This document shows positions 17,824 to 27,519 of a DNA stretch of 64,000 nt, piece by piece. Each line of letters starts with the position of its first letter. Within the stretch, counting starts at the first letter, position 1. The notes under the pieces are model-generated. The model did no database searches. It worked only from the letters and a program-made list of their open reading frames with translations, and had not been told where the DNA came from. Both the position numbers and the translations under genes were made by a program. Location of the stretch: assembly GCA_038231275.1 (NCBI GenBank), contig JBBRLQ010000003.1, forward strand, positions 236,340 through 300,339, given 5' to 3'. The DNA is from Polyangiales bacterium (GTDB lineage: Bacteria > Myxococcota_A > Polyangia > Polyangiales > Polyangiaceae).

Positions 17824-20800
17824 GTGAAGCTCCGTCCGGCGCCTTTTCTTTGGTACCACTCGTGTGTGGGCTCTTCGCCGCCTCCGAACGACGACCTCGC
17901 CGCGACGCAAGCCGTGGTGCTGGGCCGCCCCGAAGAGATCGTCGAGCTGCTGCTCGGTCGCCTCGGAGGCGAGGAGGTCCCGCGCGAGCGTGCCGAGCTA
18001 CTCCTCGAGATCGCGACGATCTTCCGCGATCGCCTCGGCGACGCCGCGCAGGCGTTCGACGCCGCGCTCGAGGCGTGGTCGACCGATCCGACGTGGGACG
18101 CGTCGCTCGAGACGCTCGAAGGTCTCACGCGCGCGCAGGGGCGATGGGGTGAGGTCCTCGGTGAGGCGGAGGGGCTCGTCGCCAAAGAGAAGGATCGCGC
18201 GCGTTCGCTCGCGGTCTACGACGCGCTCGTCCGGTGGTACTCCGGCGACGTACCGAGTCCTGAGCGCGCGCGCCTCTACCTCGAACGCATTCGCGCGCTC
18301 GACACCACGCACTGGACGTTGCACCTCTTCCAGGCCGCCGTGTCGCGTGAGCACGGCGATCTGAAGCGCGAGCTCGACGATCTGGATCGCGCCGTCCTCA
18401 GCGCGCGGCGCGTCGACGATCGCACGCGGATCCATCTCCTCATGGCCGCGCGGTACTTGGAGGCGCGCACGCTGAACCTCGCCGAGGCGAAGAAGCATTT
18501 CGCAGCGGCGTGCGCGCTCACGCCGCGCTCGATGGAGGCGCTGCGCGGCCTCGAGACGGTGAGCGAAAAGACCGAGGACTACGCGGGCCTCGCCGACGCG
18601 CTCGCCCGGCAAGCCGACGCCGAGGACGACGTTCCCGCGCGCATCGCCGTCTTGATGCACCTCGCCGAGCTGTACGAGAAGCGGTTCCTGAAGCTCGACA
18701 AGGCCGCGGAGACGCTCGAACGCGTGCTCTCGATCGCGCCGCTCGACACCGCGGCGCTGTCCCACCTCGAGCGCTGCTACCACGCGACGCGCAACTGGAC
18801 CGAGCTCATCACCGCCTTCGAGCGGAGCGTCGTCATGAACGACGAGCCGAGGGAGCAGATCGCGCGCCTCCGCACGATCGCGGAGATCCACGAGTCGAAG
18901 CTCCAAGATCTCGGCTCGGCGCGCTGGGCTCACGAGCGGCTGCTCGTCCTCGCGCCTGACGACGCCCGCGCAGTCTCCGAGCTCGCGCGCATCAGCGACA
19001 AGATGGGCGACGTCCACGGAACGCGTAAATACCGCGAGCTCGTCGCCGAGCTGACCGAAGATCCGGCGGCGAAGGCGCGCGCGTACCTGACGCTCGGGCA
19101 GCTGCTCTCGCCGGCCGATCGCGATCCGGCCGCCGCGCGCGGTCATTTCGAGCGCGCAGTGGAGCTCGACGCGTCGCTCGAGGCCGCGTGGACGGCGCTG
19201 CTCTGGGACGCGCGCAACGCCGGCGACGACGCGCGCGTCACGGCCTACATGGAGCAGCGCGCGCACGCCTCTGGCGGGCCGCGCCAGCGTGCGCAGCTCT
19301 TCGTCGATCTCGCGGTGGCGCGCGCGAAGGAGGCGGGCGGAGAGGAGAGCGCGCTCGCGGCGTACCACGCCGCGCACGAGGCCGATCCCGAGAACGAGAA
19401 GGTCGCGCAGGCGCTGGTGGGGCCGTACGTCGCCGCCGAGCGTTGGGAGGAGGCGGCGCGCACCTACGAGATCGCGCTCGCCGCTGCCGATCGCGATCGC
19501 GACACCGAGCGACGCTTCGCGCTCCTCCTCCTCGGCGGGAAGATCCTCGCGGCGAACGGCGATCCTCGCGGCGCGCTCGCGTCGCAGGTCTCCGCGTTCG
19601 AGCTACGGCCGGATTCGGCGGACGCGCAGATGGGGCTCATCACCACGGCGGCGGCGTTGTCCTCCGAGCCGGACGATCTCGCGCCCGCGAAGGACGCGCT
19701 CGAGGCGGCGGGTCGCGCGCCGGCGGAATTACCACCGGACTGGCTGGCGTCGCTCGCGGATCTGCTCGTCGTCTGCGGAGAGACGAAGCACGCCTACGCG
19801 CTCTACGACGCGGCGCTGAAGAGCGATCCGCAGGAGCGCACCGCGCTCACGGGTTTGGCGCGCCTCAGCGAGCTCGACAAGGACGTCGTCGTCGCGAGCG
19901 CGATCAGCCGCCGCCTCGCCGCGACGCTCGAGGATCAAGACGAGCGCCTCGCGACGCTCCTCCACGCCGGCGAATCGCTCGTGGCAGCAGGCAAGCTCGA
20001 TCTCGCCGCGCAGGCCTACGAGGACGCGCGCCTATCGCACCCGGCCCATCGCCCGGTGCTCCACGTGCTGCTCGATCTCTACACGAAGCTCGAACGCTGG
20101 GAGAGCCTCGTGGGCGTGCTCCGATCGATCGCCGACGCCGACGAGGATCGCGGCCGGCGCGCGCGCGTCGTCGGGACGATCGCCGAGCTCGCGCAGTCGA
20201 AGCTCGCCGATCTCTTCGCGGCGGCGTCGGCGTGTGACGAGGCGCTCGAGCTCGATCCCGAGCGCCTCGAGCCCTTCCAGCGGCTCGTGGGGATTCGCAC
20301 GACGCAGAGGGACTGGACCGCCCTCGAGCGCGACTATCGGAAGATGATCCACAGGTCGCAGGGGCACGGCGATGCGAAGCTCCAGCACGCGCTCTTCCAT
20401 CAGCTGGGGCTGGTCTACCGTGATCGCCTGAAGGATCGCGCGCGCGCGATCGACGCCTTTCGCGCGGCCGTGGAGCGAATGCCCGACGACGCGGCGACGC
20501 AGTCGATGCTGCGCGAGCTCCTCGAGGTCACCGGCAACGTGGCCGACGCGCTCGCCGTCGCGCGCGCGCGCCTCGCCAACGATCCGACCGCGGAGGACGC
20601 GTACGCGCCGCTCGTCGACCTCTCGATCCAGATCGGCGACGCCGACCGAGCGTGGTGCGCGGCGTCCAACATGGATCTCCTCGGCATCCTCGGCGAGAAG
20701 CACGCCGCGTTCTTCCGCGCGTGCCAGCCCGCGATGCTCGCGGCGATCGCGGGGCGCCTCGACGAGGGCGATTGGCGACGGCACCTCCTGCACCCCGGGC

Positions 20801-21552
20801 TCGATCCACGGCTCACGGAGATCTTCGAGATCGTCGCGCCCGCCGCCGTCGACGCCGAAATCGCGCGCATTCCGCTCATGCAGCGGATGGGGCACCCCGG
20901 CAAGGCGCTCGCGAAGACGCCGCAGCTCCAAGCGGCGCGCGACGCGATCGATCGCGCGAGCGAGATCCTCGGGCAGAAGCCTCCGAAGCTGTACGAGCGC
21001 GCCGTAACGGGGGCCGCGTTCGCCGCCGCGCGCACGCGTCCGCCGTCGCTCTTCGTCGACGCGGCGGCGGCGGTGATGATCTCGTGGGCCGAGCTGCCGT
21101 TCGTCCTCGGCAAGCGCCTCTTCGAGCACGCGCCGCCGCTCCTCGCGCGCGCGCTCTTCCCGACGGTGAGCGAGCTCGGGCAGCTCGTGGCGATGGCGGT
21201 GGCGGCGCTCGTCGGCAACCCCAAGACCGACCCGCTGCGCCCGCACATCCGGCCGCAGGATCTCGCGCGCCTCGGACAGCTCGTCGAGTCGAGCCGCGCG
21301 ACCGGAGGGGAGCTCGACGTGAAGCGGTGGGCGCAGCTCGCCGATCTCTCGAGCAGCCGCGCGGGCCTCCTCCTGGTCGGCGACGCGAGGCGGGCGCGCG
21401 CGGCGTTGGCGCGTGAGCCGCAGCTCCCCGGAGATCTGCCGGCGCGCGATCAAGCGCGCGAGCTCCTCGCGTTCATGGTGAGCGACGCGCACCTCGCCCT
21501 GCGCCGCACGCTCGGGATCGCGGTCGGCCCAGGAGCGATCCTCCGCCCGTGA
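17824..21552 (+). CDS. Large TPR/helical-repeat protein
   Basis: 1242 aa; dozens of ~34-aa helical repeats (…AYLTLGQLL…, …ALYDAALKSDP…); only 20 bp from the divergent gene, so the true start may be an internal GTG (e.g. near 17914); stop overlaps next start (GTGA). Confidence 0.8.
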   Translation: MKLRPAPFLWYHSCVGSSPPPNDDLAATQAVVLGRPEEIVELLLGRLGGEEVPRERAELLLEIATIFRDRLGDAAQAFDAALEAWSTDPTWDASLETLEGLTRAQGRWGEVLGEAEGLVAKEKDRARSLAVYDALVRWYSGDVPSPERARLYLERIRALDTTHWTLHLFQAAVSREHGDLKRELDDLDRAVLSARRVDDRTRIHLLMAARYLEARTLNLAEAKKHFAAACALTPRSMEALRGLETVSEKTEDYAGLADALARQADAEDDVPARIAVLMHLAELYEKRFLKLDKAAETLERVLSIAPLDTAALSHLERCYHATRNWTELITAFERSVVMNDEPREQIARLRTIAEIHESKLQDLGSARWAHERLLVLAPDDARAVSELARISDKMGDVHGTRKYRELVAELTEDPAAKARAYLTLGQLLSPADRDPAAARGHFERAVELDASLEAAWTALLWDARNAGDDARVTAYMEQRAHASGGPRQRAQLFVDLAVARAKEAGGEESALAAYHAAHEADPENEKVAQALVGPYVAAERWEEAARTYEIALAAADRDRDTERRFALLLLGGKILAANGDPRGALASQVSAFELRPDSADAQMGLITTAAALSSEPDDLAPAKDALEAAGRAPAELPPDWLASLADLLVVCGETKHAYALYDAALKSDPQERTALTGLARLSELDKDVVVASAISRRLAATLEDQDERLATLLHAGESLVAAGKLDLAAQAYEDARLSHPAHRPVLHVLLDLYTKLERWESLVGVLRSIADADEDRGRRARVVGTIAELAQSKLADLFAAASACDEALELDPERLEPFQRLVGIRTTQRDWTALERDYRKMIHRSQGHGDAKLQHALFHQLGLVYRDRLKDRARAIDAFRAAVERMPDDAATQSMLRELLEVTGNVADALAVARARLANDPTAEDAYAPLVDLSIQIGDADRAWCAASNMDLLGILGEKHAAFFRACQPAMLAAIAGRLDEGDWRRHLLHPGLDPRLTEIFEIVAPAAVDAEIARIPLMQRMGHPGKALAKTPQLQAARDAIDRASEILGQKPPKLYERAVTGAAFAAARTRPPSLFVDAAAAVMISWAELPFVLGKRLFEHAPPLLARALFPTVSELGQLVAMAVAALVGNPKTDPLRPHIRPQDLARLGQLVESSRATGGELDVKRWAQLADLSSSRAGLLLVGDARRARAALAREPQLPGDLPARDQARELLAFMVSDAHLALRRTLGIAVGPGAILRP

Positions 21553-22127
21553 CCAACCGCTCGATCGCGGCCCGCCTCCTCTTCGACGCGGAGCACTACA
21601 CCGAGCTCGTGCTCAAGGCGATCGCAGGCGCGAGGGTCTCGCTCTGGATCGCCACCGCCAACCTGAAAGAGATGCGAATCGAGGCGCCGATCGGCACCGT
21701 CGCGCGCGCGAAGGGTCGCTTCCTGTCGATCCTCGACACGCTCGACGATCTGTCGAAGCGCGGCGTCGAGCTGCGCCTCCTCCACGCGAGCCGGCCGTCG
21801 CGCCCCTTCGCCGCCGAGCTCGCCCGCCACCCGCGCCTCAAGCGCGGCGGCCTCGACATGCGTCTCTGCCCGCGCGTCCACATGAAGCTCGTCGCCATCG
21901 ACGGGCGCCTCCTCTACCTCGGCAGCGCGAACTTCACGGGCGCGGGACTCGGCGCGAAAGGCGACGGCCGGCGCAACTTCGAGATCGGGCTCATGACCGA
22001 GGACGACGTCCTCCTCGACGTCACCCAAGCGCGCTTCGACCGTATTTTCTCGGGCAAAGAATGTGCAGGATGCAAGCTTCGCGGCGTGTGCCCGAAGCCG
22101 ATCGACACGCTGGTGAAGCGCCGATAG
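21549..22127 (+). CDS. Phospholipase D-family single-HKD protein (Nuc-like nuclease candidate)
   Basis: 192 aa from GTG; canonical HKD motif HMKLVAIDGRLLYLGSANFTGAGL (HxKx4Dx6GSxN); C-terminal Cys cluster (CAGCKLRGVC). Confidence 0.8.
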   Translation: MTNRSIAARLLFDAEHYTELVLKAIAGARVSLWIATANLKEMRIEAPIGTVARAKGRFLSILDTLDDLSKRGVELRLLHASRPSRPFAAELARHPRLKRGGLDMRLCPRVHMKLVAIDGRLLYLGSANFTGAGLGAKGDGRRNFEIGLMTEDDVLLDVTQARFDRIFSGKECAGCKLRGVCPKPIDTLVKRR

Positions 22128-22152
22128 CGCGGTCGCGAGCCCCGAAGGGCGT

Positions 22153-22740
<588 letters not shown>

Positions 22741-22768
22741 GACCGATGCAGGTAGCAGAGTTCGAGCC

Positions 22769-23371
22769 ATGAAGCGACACGCGCCGGCCACCGATCGCAA
22801 CCGCGAGCCGATCCTCTCCGTTCTCTCTCGGGTGCTTCCGCCCTCCGGAACGGTCCTTGAAATCGCGAGCGGCTCCGGAGAGCACGCCGTGTTCTTCGCG
22901 TCACGGCTTCCCGGCGTCATGTGGCAACCGTCCGATCCCGACGACGCCGCGCGCGCGAGCGTCGACGCCTACCGTGAGGAGACCGGACTCGCCAACGTGC
23001 TCCCGGCACGCGCGCTCGATGCGCGCGACGACGCGGACGTGTGGGGGATCGCGCGCGTCGACGCGATCGTGTGCATCAACATGATCCACATCGCGCCGTG
23101 GTCGTCGTGCGAGGGCATGATGCGCGGCGCCGGACGCCTGCTCGGTCCCGGCGGCGTCCTCTTCTTGTATGGCCCCTTCACGCGCGACGGCGCGCACACG
23201 GCGCCGAGCAACGCGAGCTTCGACGAGAGCCTGCGCGCGCGCGATCCGGCGTGGGGCGTCCGCGATGTCGCCGACGTGACACGCGAAGCCGAGACGAACG
23301 GCCTCGCGCACGTCGAGACCGCCCCCATGCCGGCGAACAACCTCGCCGTCGTCTTCGCGCGCGGCCGCTGA
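22769..23371 (+). CDS. DUF938-like class I SAM-dependent methyltransferase-fold protein
   Basis: 200 aa from MKRHAPATDRNREPILSVL; (…VLEIASGSGEHAVFFA…) glycine-rich SAM-binding-like motif. Confidence 0.65.
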   Translation: MKRHAPATDRNREPILSVLSRVLPPSGTVLEIASGSGEHAVFFASRLPGVMWQPSDPDDAARASVDAYREETGLANVLPARALDARDDADVWGIARVDAIVCINMIHIAPWSSCEGMMRGAGRLLGPGGVLFLYGPFTRDGAHTAPSNASFDESLRARDPAWGVRDVADVTREAETNGLAHVETAPMPANNLAVVFARGR

Positions 23372-23383
23372 TCGCAGCTCGTT

Positions 23384-24622
23384 TCAGTCGGCGCAGCAGC
23401 GGATGCCGAAGTCCGGGCCCGCATCCTTGCGCAGCTGGTACTGAGCGAAGGACTCGGCGAACGCGCACGCGAAGTCGGTGTGCGCCGCATGCGAGTACGA
23501 GCCCCCCTCGGTGCGGCAGAGATCGTCGCTGCCCGTCTCCGCCGAGCATCCGTCGACCCAGTCGTGCAGGGTCGCCGACATGTCGTAGATCCCCGGAAAT
23601 CCGCCGGTGCACGTCGCGAGGGACCCGACGTCGCGCACGGTGGTGATAGGAGACCTCGCGCCGTCGGTCTTGCACGCCTCGGGATCGTAGACGTCACCGT
23701 ACGGGTAGAGGTGGCGGCCGCCCGCCGAACACGCGAGGTACCATTCGCTCCCCGGGTACGACGCGTCGCCCTCCGAGGGGCGCGAACCGCGGAGGTTCTT
23801 GCAGAGGCGCTTGCCCGCCCACGCGCAAAAGCCTTGCGCGTCGCACCAGTCGGCGCCCGCGATCGGCAGATCGTTAATGGGGGCCGACGGGTATCCACTC
23901 TTGAACGCGCAGACTCCGCTCGGCTTCGGTCGCGTCGGATCGGCGACGAATGCGTGGAAGTGGGAGTTGGTCACCTCCGTCGCGTCGATGCAAAATGTGA
24001 CCGCGGGGAGGCTGACGCGAACCATCGCCGCGCCGCGTCCGGCTGGGCACGGACCGGGCGTGGCGTCGCCCGTCGCGACGTCGGCCCCCGCGTCGACGGG
24101 CGCGCACGGCCCCGCCGTGGGGTCGCAATAGCCGGGGACATCGGGATCGTACGTGTAGCAGCCGCCGTCGAAGCACGCGGTCCCTGGGACGCACTTCACG
24201 CCGATGCAGCTCGCGCTGAGCGCGATGGGCAGATCGAGCGGCTGATGGCGGACATACCTGAGGATGCGGTGCGCCTCGATGCACCCCGCGAAATCCTGGG
24301 GACTGCACCCGTCGGGGCTCCGGCCGACGCCCGCGACGACGCGCACCTCGATCTTGGCGCCGCGATCTCCGCTCGGAATGACCACGATCGAGCCAATTTC
24401 CCCTGTCTTCGCGTCACGCGGGCAACCGGTCGTTCGCGCGCTCGTCTCCGCGACAGTCACGAGCTGGCCCGGCTCGCCCGCCGCCACCGTGGCCTGCAGC
24501 GCGCCGCACAGCGACGGATCCGCCGTCACGCGCACCGTGATTTCGGTCGGCGAGAGGCACGCGTACGCGAGCGCCGTCACCACGACGGCGACGGCCGCCC
24601 CTCGCTTGGGGTTCGCGCGCAT
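23384..24622 (-). CDS. Formylglycine-generating enzyme (SUMF1/FGE-sulfatase) family protein with N-terminal Cys-rich domain
   Basis: 412 aa; signal/lipobox-like N-terminus, Cys-rich segment, C-terminal FGE-like motifs (…FCIDATEVTNSHFHAFV…, …GFCAWAGKRL…, …GIRCC). Confidence 0.75.
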   Translation of the reverse strand: MRANPKRGAAVAVVVTALAYACLSPTEITVRVTADPSLCGALQATVAAGEPGQLVTVAETSARTTGCPRDAKTGEIGSIVVIPSGDRGAKIEVRVVAGVGRSPDGCSPQDFAGCIEAHRILRYVRHQPLDLPIALSASCIGVKCVPGTACFDGGCYTYDPDVPGYCDPTAGPCAPVDAGADVATGDATPGPCPAGRGAAMVRVSLPAVTFCIDATEVTNSHFHAFVADPTRPKPSGVCAFKSGYPSAPINDLPIAGADWCDAQGFCAWAGKRLCKNLRGSRPSEGDASYPGSEWYLACSAGGRHLYPYGDVYDPEACKTDGARSPITTVRDVGSLATCTGGFPGIYDMSATLHDWVDGCSAETGSDDLCRTEGGSYSHAAHTDFACAFAESFAQYQLRKDAGPDFGIRCCAD

Positions 24623-24657
24623 CTCGCCGAAGAGTAGACTAGCCTCCGCCTTCCGCC

Positions 24658-25485
24658 ATGACGAAGACGCGCGACAAGCTGACCCCCGTGGAGCGTTTCA
24701 CGTACGACTTCATCAAGGGCAGCTTCGAGTCCGCGCCCCTCGACGCCGCCGTGCGATTTTGCCAGCGCCACATCGGCGCCGAGTGGATCAACTTCTTCAC
24801 GCGCAACCTGCGCCACATCCACGGCCTCGATCGCTTGCCGCCGCTCGATCCGGCCAAGAGTTACCTTTGCGTCAGCAACCACCGGAGCTTCTTCGATCTC
24901 TACGTCGTGACCGGCTTCCTCGTCGGGCGCGGCATGCCGCATCGCCTCATGTTCCCGGTGCGGTCGCAGTTCTTCTACGATCACCCGCTCGGCCTCCTCG
25001 TCAACGGCGCGATGAGTTTCTTCGCGATGTACCCGCCTGTCTTCCGCGAGCGCCAGCGGCAGGCGCTCAACGTGGAGAGCCTCGACGAGGTCGCTCGCAT
25101 CTTGAAGAAGGGCGGCGCCTTCGTCGGCATCCACCCGGAGGGCGCGCGCAAGAAGGACGACGATCCGTATACGTTCCTTCCGGCGCAGAGCGGCGTCGGT
25201 CGCATCATCCATCACGCGCGCGTCCCGGTCATTCCGGTCTTCATCAACGGGCTCGGAAACGACTTCGCGAAGCAAATCGCCGCCAACATGAGCGGGGCCG
25301 GCGAGCGGATCGTCGCGGTCTTCGGATCGCCGGTCGACTTCGGGCCGACGCTCGACCAGCCAGCGAGCCCTCGCGTCTACAAATCCCTCGCCGACAAGGC
25401 GATGGCGGCCGTCGGAGCGCTCGGACAGGAAGAGCGTACGATTCGCGCCGCGCTCGGGATCGGAGAAGCCGAGCCGTTCCGCTGA
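24658..25485 (+). CDS. Lysophospholipid (1-acyl-sn-glycerol-3-phosphate) acyltransferase family
   Basis: 275 aa; HX4D motif (NHRSFFD), PEGxR-like (HPEGAR). Confidence 0.8.
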   Translation: MTKTRDKLTPVERFTYDFIKGSFESAPLDAAVRFCQRHIGAEWINFFTRNLRHIHGLDRLPPLDPAKSYLCVSNHRSFFDLYVVTGFLVGRGMPHRLMFPVRSQFFYDHPLGLLVNGAMSFFAMYPPVFRERQRQALNVESLDEVARILKKGGAFVGIHPEGARKKDDDPYTFLPAQSGVGRIIHHARVPVIPVFINGLGNDFAKQIAANMSGAGERIVAVFGSPVDFGPTLDQPASPRVYKSLADKAMAAVGALGQEERTIRAALGIGEAEPFR

Positions 25486-25597
25486 CGCTGCGAGAGTCCG
25501 TCGCAAGCGGTATTCCGGCGGAATCGTCGACCGTCGGCCATGCGTCGGCTAGGTTCCAATCCCCACGCGAATACGCGGGGACGAGCCACGAGAGGTC

Positions 25598-25603
25598 GGA
25601 GGA
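25598..25603 (+). promoter_or_regulatory. Shine-Dalgarno (GGAGGA) for vWA lipoprotein gene
   Basis: GGAGGA 6 nt upstream of ATG at 25610. Confidence 0.5.
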
Positions 25604-25609
25604 CGAAAC

Positions 25610-26845
25610 ATGGCGCACCGAGTGTCGCAGGTCTCTGGGTCGATCGCTGCAGCGATCCTGTGCTGTGGGATCGTCGTCGCGTGCTCGGGGAGCAAGGACG
25701 GAACCGGCTTCGGAAGCAGCGGCTCGAGCGGGAGCTCCGGGAGCAGCGGTGACGAGGGCGGCCTCGGCAGCTCTGGCGGCTCGAGCGGCAACGTATTCGG
25801 CGACGGCGGCCACGGGCTCAACCCCGACGCCGCATGCGCCGCGGACACGGTGAAGGCGCAGCAGCAACCGCTCGACATGTACATCATGCTCGACCAGTCC
25901 GGCTCGATGAACGACTCCGGGAAGTGGACGTCGGTGACCGCCGCGCTCAACGCGTTCGTCGCGCAGCCGACGGCCGCCGGGATCGGCGTCGGCATTCAGT
26001 ACTTCGGTCTCACCGGCGGCGCGGGCTGTCCGCAGACGTGCGCGAACAACAACGACTGCACCGGCCACGGGACGTGCCTTCCGATCATCAACAAGTGCAG
26101 CGGGTGCCTGGGCGGCGGCGGGGCGAGCTCGTGCAACGGCGCAGACTACGCGGCGCCCGAAATCGAAATCGCGCCGCTCCCCGGCGTCGGGTCGAAAATC
26201 ACCGCCTCGCTCGCCGCGCACGGCCCCGGGACCGACACGCCGACGTATCCTGCGCTCCAAGGTGCGGTCGATCACGCGAAGACCTGGGCCCAAGCGCACG
26301 CCGGCCACGTCACCATCGCGGTGCTCGCGACCGACGGCAATCCGAGCAGCAGCTGCAACGACAACCTCACCGACATCAACGCCCTCGCGGCCGCGGGGGC
26401 CGGCGGCAGCCCGAAGATCCTCACCTTCGTCATCGGTGTTGGCAGCTCGCTCTCGAACCTCAACGGCATCGCCGCCGCGGGCGGCACCGGTCAGGCGTTC
26501 CTCGTCGACACCGGCGGCAACGTGAACCAGCAGTTCCTCGACGCGATGAACAAGATCCGCGGCACCGCGCTCGGCTGCCAGTACCAGATCCCGGCGCCGA
26601 AGAATGGCGGCTCACTCGACTTCGGCACCGTCAACGTCGTCTACACGTCGGGGAGCGGCAAGGTCGAGACGATCCCGAAGGTCACCGACAAGGGCGCGTG
26701 TCCGGCGAGCGGCGACGCTTGGTTCTACGACAACAACACGAAGCCGACGCAGATCCTCCTCTGCGACGCCTCGTGCAAGGTGATCACCGCGGACACCAAC
26801 GGCCAGGTCAGCGTCGCCATCGGCTGCGCCACGGTCGTCAAGTAG
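25610..26845 (+). CDS. von Willebrand factor type A domain lipoprotein
   Basis: 411 aa; lipobox (VVACSG), Gly/Ser linker, MIDAS motif DQSGSM, Cys-rich insertions. Confidence 0.8.
   Translation: MAHRVSQVSGSIAAAILCCGIVVACSGSKDGTGFGSSGSSGSSGSSGDEGGLGSSGGSSGNVFGDGGHGLNPDAACAADTVKAQQQPLDMYIMLDQSGSMNDSGKWTSVTAALNAFVAQPTAAGIGVGIQYFGLTGGAGCPQTCANNNDCTGHGTCLPIINKCSGCLGGGGASSCNGADYAAPEIEIAPLPGVGSKITASLAAHGPGTDTPTYPALQGAVDHAKTWAQAHAGHVTIAVLATDGNPSSSCNDNLTDINALAAAGAGGSPKILTFVIGVGSSLSNLNGIAAAGGTGQAFLVDTGGNVNQQFLDAMNKIRGTALGCQYQIPAPKNGGSLDFGTVNVVYTSGSGKVETIPKVTDKGACPASGDAWFYDNNTKPTQILLCDASCKVITADTNGQVSVAIGCATVVK
25711..25790. repeat. Gly/Ser-linker-coding low-complexity repeat
   Basis: agcggctcgagcgggagctccgggagcagcggt… imperfect (GGC/AGC)n. 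Confidence 0.6.
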
Positions 26846-27407
26846 CGCGACCCCGACCCCGACCTCGTCCCCCGCCGCCGTCGGCGTCACGGCGCGCGTC
26901 CATTTCCGTCAGGATCTGGTCGCGCGTCGCATCGTCGAGGAGCGCCGCGATCGCGGGGAAAATGTCGCGTTCTTCTTCCTCGAGGTGCGTCGCGAACTCC
27001 TTCGCGAGGACGTCGGCGTGCTCGCGGATCGCAGGGGCGAGCTCCGGCCAGCGCGACGGGCTCTCCGCGAGCGAGTCGCAGAGCGCGGCGAGGGCCATCG
27101 TGTCGGGCTCGTGGTCAAGGTGCTCGCGCCGCATCCGGTCGAGCGAAGCGCCCAGCGCCGGTGATTTCTCGGCGAGGCGCGGGGCGATCGAGTCCTCCTC
27201 GTCGCGCACGTGGAACGGCAGCGCGCGGCGAAAATAGCGACGCACGCGCCCGGCGCTGTCGGCCATCTCGTCGTCTGCAGCCCGCGGCTCGGCCGCGAGG
27301 CGTTGCGCGAGGCCGATCATCTCGCGAATGCGCGCGTGGCAGTCGACGAGGCGGGCGACGAGATCGCGCGGGTCCTTCTCCGACTTTTTTCCGAGGGGAT
27401 GGAGCAT
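26838..27407 (-). CDS. Hemerythrin HHE cation-binding domain protein
   Basis: 189 aa from MLHPLG; His/Glu ligand spacing (…HARIRE…, …HVRDEEDSI…, …HLDHE…, …HLEEEERDIF…); 3' end overlaps vWA gene by 8 bp (convergent). Confidence 0.7.
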   Translation of the reverse strand: MLHPLGKKSEKDPRDLVARLVDCHARIREMIGLAQRLAAEPRAADDEMADSAGRVRRYFRRALPFHVRDEEDSIAPRLAEKSPALGASLDRMRREHLDHEPDTMALAALCDSLAESPSRWPELAPAIREHADVLAKEFATHLEEEERDIFPAIAALLDDATRDQILTEMDARRDADGGGGRGRGRGRAT

Positions 27408-27519
27408 GCAGGTTTTATCCTTCTTAGGGTCGCTCCAATCGTTTGCCCGCAACGGTCAAACGATCTCTGCTCGACGTACTCGGAGAGTAGGCCACTCTCA
27501 CCTGGTACGCTCGCCCTCC

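Noticed and set aside
17998-21492. Two long minus-strand ORFs (459 aa, 486 aa) antisense to the TPR-giant gene
   Set aside because: R/E/L-rich antisense artefacts of TPR codon composition
22137-22152. Small GC hairpin (GCCC-CGAA-GGGC) between convergent PLD and lipoprotein genes as terminator
   Set aside because: Only 4-bp stem, no U-tract; not convincing as intrinsic terminator
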